Notes under the pieces: generated by a model
Seen by the model: the letters and a program-made list of their open reading frames with translations, nothing else
Told to the model about the DNA's origin: nothing
Database searches by the model: none
Position numbers and translations under genes: made by a program
Shown here: positions 35,794 through 37,261 of the stretch, in pieces
Numbering within the stretch: position 1 is the first letter of the stretch
Layout of the letters: every line of letters starts with the position of its first letter
Assembly (NCBI GenBank): GCA_035710365.1
Contig: DASTDN010000415.1
Location: forward strand, 1 to 37,261
DNA: 37,261 bases
Origin: Streptomyces sp.
GTDB lineage: Bacteria > Actinomycetota > Actinomycetes > Streptomycetales > Streptomycetaceae
Direction of reading: 5' to 3'

Positions 35794-37104
35794 TCAGCGA
35801 CCGGGGGTCCGGGCGGACCGGGAACGCGGAGGGTCACCGGCCGGCCGGGCGCGCGCGGCGACGCCGGCGTGGCCGGGGGAGGGGGGCAGGGCGGCCGGGT
35901 CACCCATGGCCCGGGCGTGCGCCGGTGCGCCGTCCGGCTGCGCGCGGGAGGCACCTCCCGCGACCTCCCGTGACGGACCGGGAACGGGCCCGAGAAGGCG
36001 GCCCGCGGGGCGAGACCCGAGGCGGCCCCGGGTCTCGGTGATCAGCAGGTCCGTGCAGGCCAGCAGGTCGTCCCGTTCGGCGGCACGGCGCATGCGGCGG
36101 GCGGCACCGCCGTCCGCCAGCGCCTGCTTCGCGAGTGTCTCGACGGCCGGCCAGTCACCGCTGTCCGCCAGCGCCGGACGCACCTTCGCCAGCAGCCGGC
36201 GCACGACATGCGCGGCGGAGGCCTCACGCCGCGTCTCCGGATGGACGAGACTTCCTTCGAGCCCGGACCGGGCGGCCCGCCAGGTCGCGGCCCGCAACCA
36301 CTCGTGCCGCCCCTCGCAGCGGGGACCCGCCGAACCCTCCAGCCGACGGCGCGCCTCCACCACCAGGGCCCGGAAGAGCCCCGCGAGGAGCACGACGGTC
36401 TCCGCGCGCGGAGAGGAGTCGCACACCCGCAGTTCGAGGGTCTGCTGGTGGTCGGAGGGCCGGATGTCGTAGTAGATCATCCCCGGGTCGCTGATGACGC
36501 CCGACTCGACGAGACCACGCACGGCGGTGTCGTACGCCCCGGCGTCCGCGAAGCATCCGACCGGCCCCGCGGTGGGCCAGCGGTGCCACAGCATCGTGCG
36601 CCAGCTCGCGTACCCGGTGTCGGCGCCCTGCCAGTACGGGGAACTCGCCGACAGCGCGAGCAGCACCGGCAGCCACGGTGACACCTCGCACATGATCCGC
36701 ACCGCGAGGTCACGGTCGGGCACGTCGACATGGACGTGGGTGCCGCAGATCAACTGCTCGTCGGCGATCCTCCGGTACTCGTCGACCATGCGGCGATAGC
36801 GGTCGCCGGGCGTGGGAGGCGCCCCGTCCGGCCGGGCCAGCGGCACGGTCCCGGCGGACACCACGGCCAGACCGTGGGCGGAAGCCGCCGCGTCCAGGGT
36901 CCGTCTGGACCCGGTGATGTCGCGGTACATTCCGTCCAGGGAGGTGTGCACCGCGCTGTTCGTCTCCACGGCCGCCTGCTGCAGCTCGGTCGTGAAAGTC
37001 TCTTCCGGCAGCCCTTCCAGTACCGCTGCAGCACGCGGTGCCAGCAGACCGGTCTCCACCTCCACGAGGTGGAACTCCTCCTCGACGCCGATGCGAACGA
37101 CCAA
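35794..37104 (-). CDS. Carboxylate-amine ligase, YbdK/GCS2 (glutamate--cysteine ligase 2) family
   Basis: RIGVEEEF, EQLICGTHVHV, LSASSPYW, GYASWR, YYDIRPS, TLELRVCD and WRAARSGL. Probable TTG start at 37104 behind GGGAG. Confidence 0.9.
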   Translation of the reverse strand: MVVRIGVEEEFHLVEVETGLLAPRAAAVLEGLPEETFTTELQQAAVETNSAVHTSLDGMYRDITGSRRTLDAAASAHGLAVVSAGTVPLARPDGAPPTPGDRYRRMVDEYRRIADEQLICGTHVHVDVPDRDLAVRIMCEVSPWLPVLLALSASSPYWQGADTGYASWRTMLWHRWPTAGPVGCFADAGAYDTAVRGLVESGVISDPGMIYYDIRPSDHQQTLELRVCDSSPRAETVVLLAGLFRALVVEARRRLEGSAGPRCEGRHEWLRAATWRAARSGLEGSLVHPETRREASAAHVVRRLLAKVRPALADSGDWPAVETLAKQALADGGAARRMRRAAERDDLLACTDLLITETRGRLGSRPAGRLLGPVPGPSREVAGGASRAQPDGAPAHARAMGDPAALPPSPGHAGVAARARPAGDPPRSRSARTPGR

Positions 37105-37198
37105 AACGACTCCCGGTGACGACGGACGTACGCCTCGTTGTCCCAGCCCGGGGCCCGAACCCCGCATCCGGACGAAGCGGCAACCTGCGAGCCCTCGA

Positions 37199-37223
37199 GT
37201 GCCCACCCGCCCCCCGGCTAAGC
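37199..37223 (-). promoter_or_regulatory. SigB-family-like promoter GCTT-N15-GGGCAC
   Basis: Minus strand reads GCTT agccggggggcgggt GGGCAC, about 95 nt upstream of the ligase start. Confidence 0.4.
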
Positions 37224-37261
37224 CCCCGCCTTTCCCCGCACGGACGCCCCGCGGCGGGGAG

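Noticed and set aside
1..37261. bldA-dependent TTA codons, CRISPR arrays, tRNA/rRNA genes and IS or integrase genes
   Set aside because: The few TTA/TAA triplets I checked inside called genes are out of frame. No regularly spaced repeats, structural RNA signatures or transposase/recombinase motifs were seen.

Overview
High-GC, Streptomyces-like accessory region with about 30 supportable CDSs. I found no rRNA, tRNA, CRISPR array or transposase. From left to right: (1) the tail of a probable secondary-metabolite operon (acyl-CoA dehydrogenase, type II thioesterase, methyltransferase, DHA2 MFS exporter) converging on an alanine racemase that lies outside its usual housekeeping context; (2) an orphan LacI regulator, a GT4 glycosyltransferase with a partner gene, an Ala-rich protein, a secreted subtilisin and a VOC protein; (3) a class V PLP enzyme and a LacI-linked operon of unknown substrate (DUF1989 protein, flavin reductase-like protein, MFS, amidase); (4) a TetR/SDR pair with a near-consensus leaderless promoter; (5) a LacI, sugar ABC, GH42 and GH36 galactoside-utilisation locus with a structured-looking leader; (6) a 2H phosphoesterase and a Vps62-like lipoprotein; (7) a minus-strand cluster of YbdK/GCS2 carboxylate-amine ligase, an unannotated 43-aa ORF with a strong RBS, a NAGGN-type amidotransferase and an S9 peptidase. 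Cluster 7 and the DUF1989 operon are the best candidates for uncharacterised systems. All family calls come from motif recognition by eye; no database searches were run.
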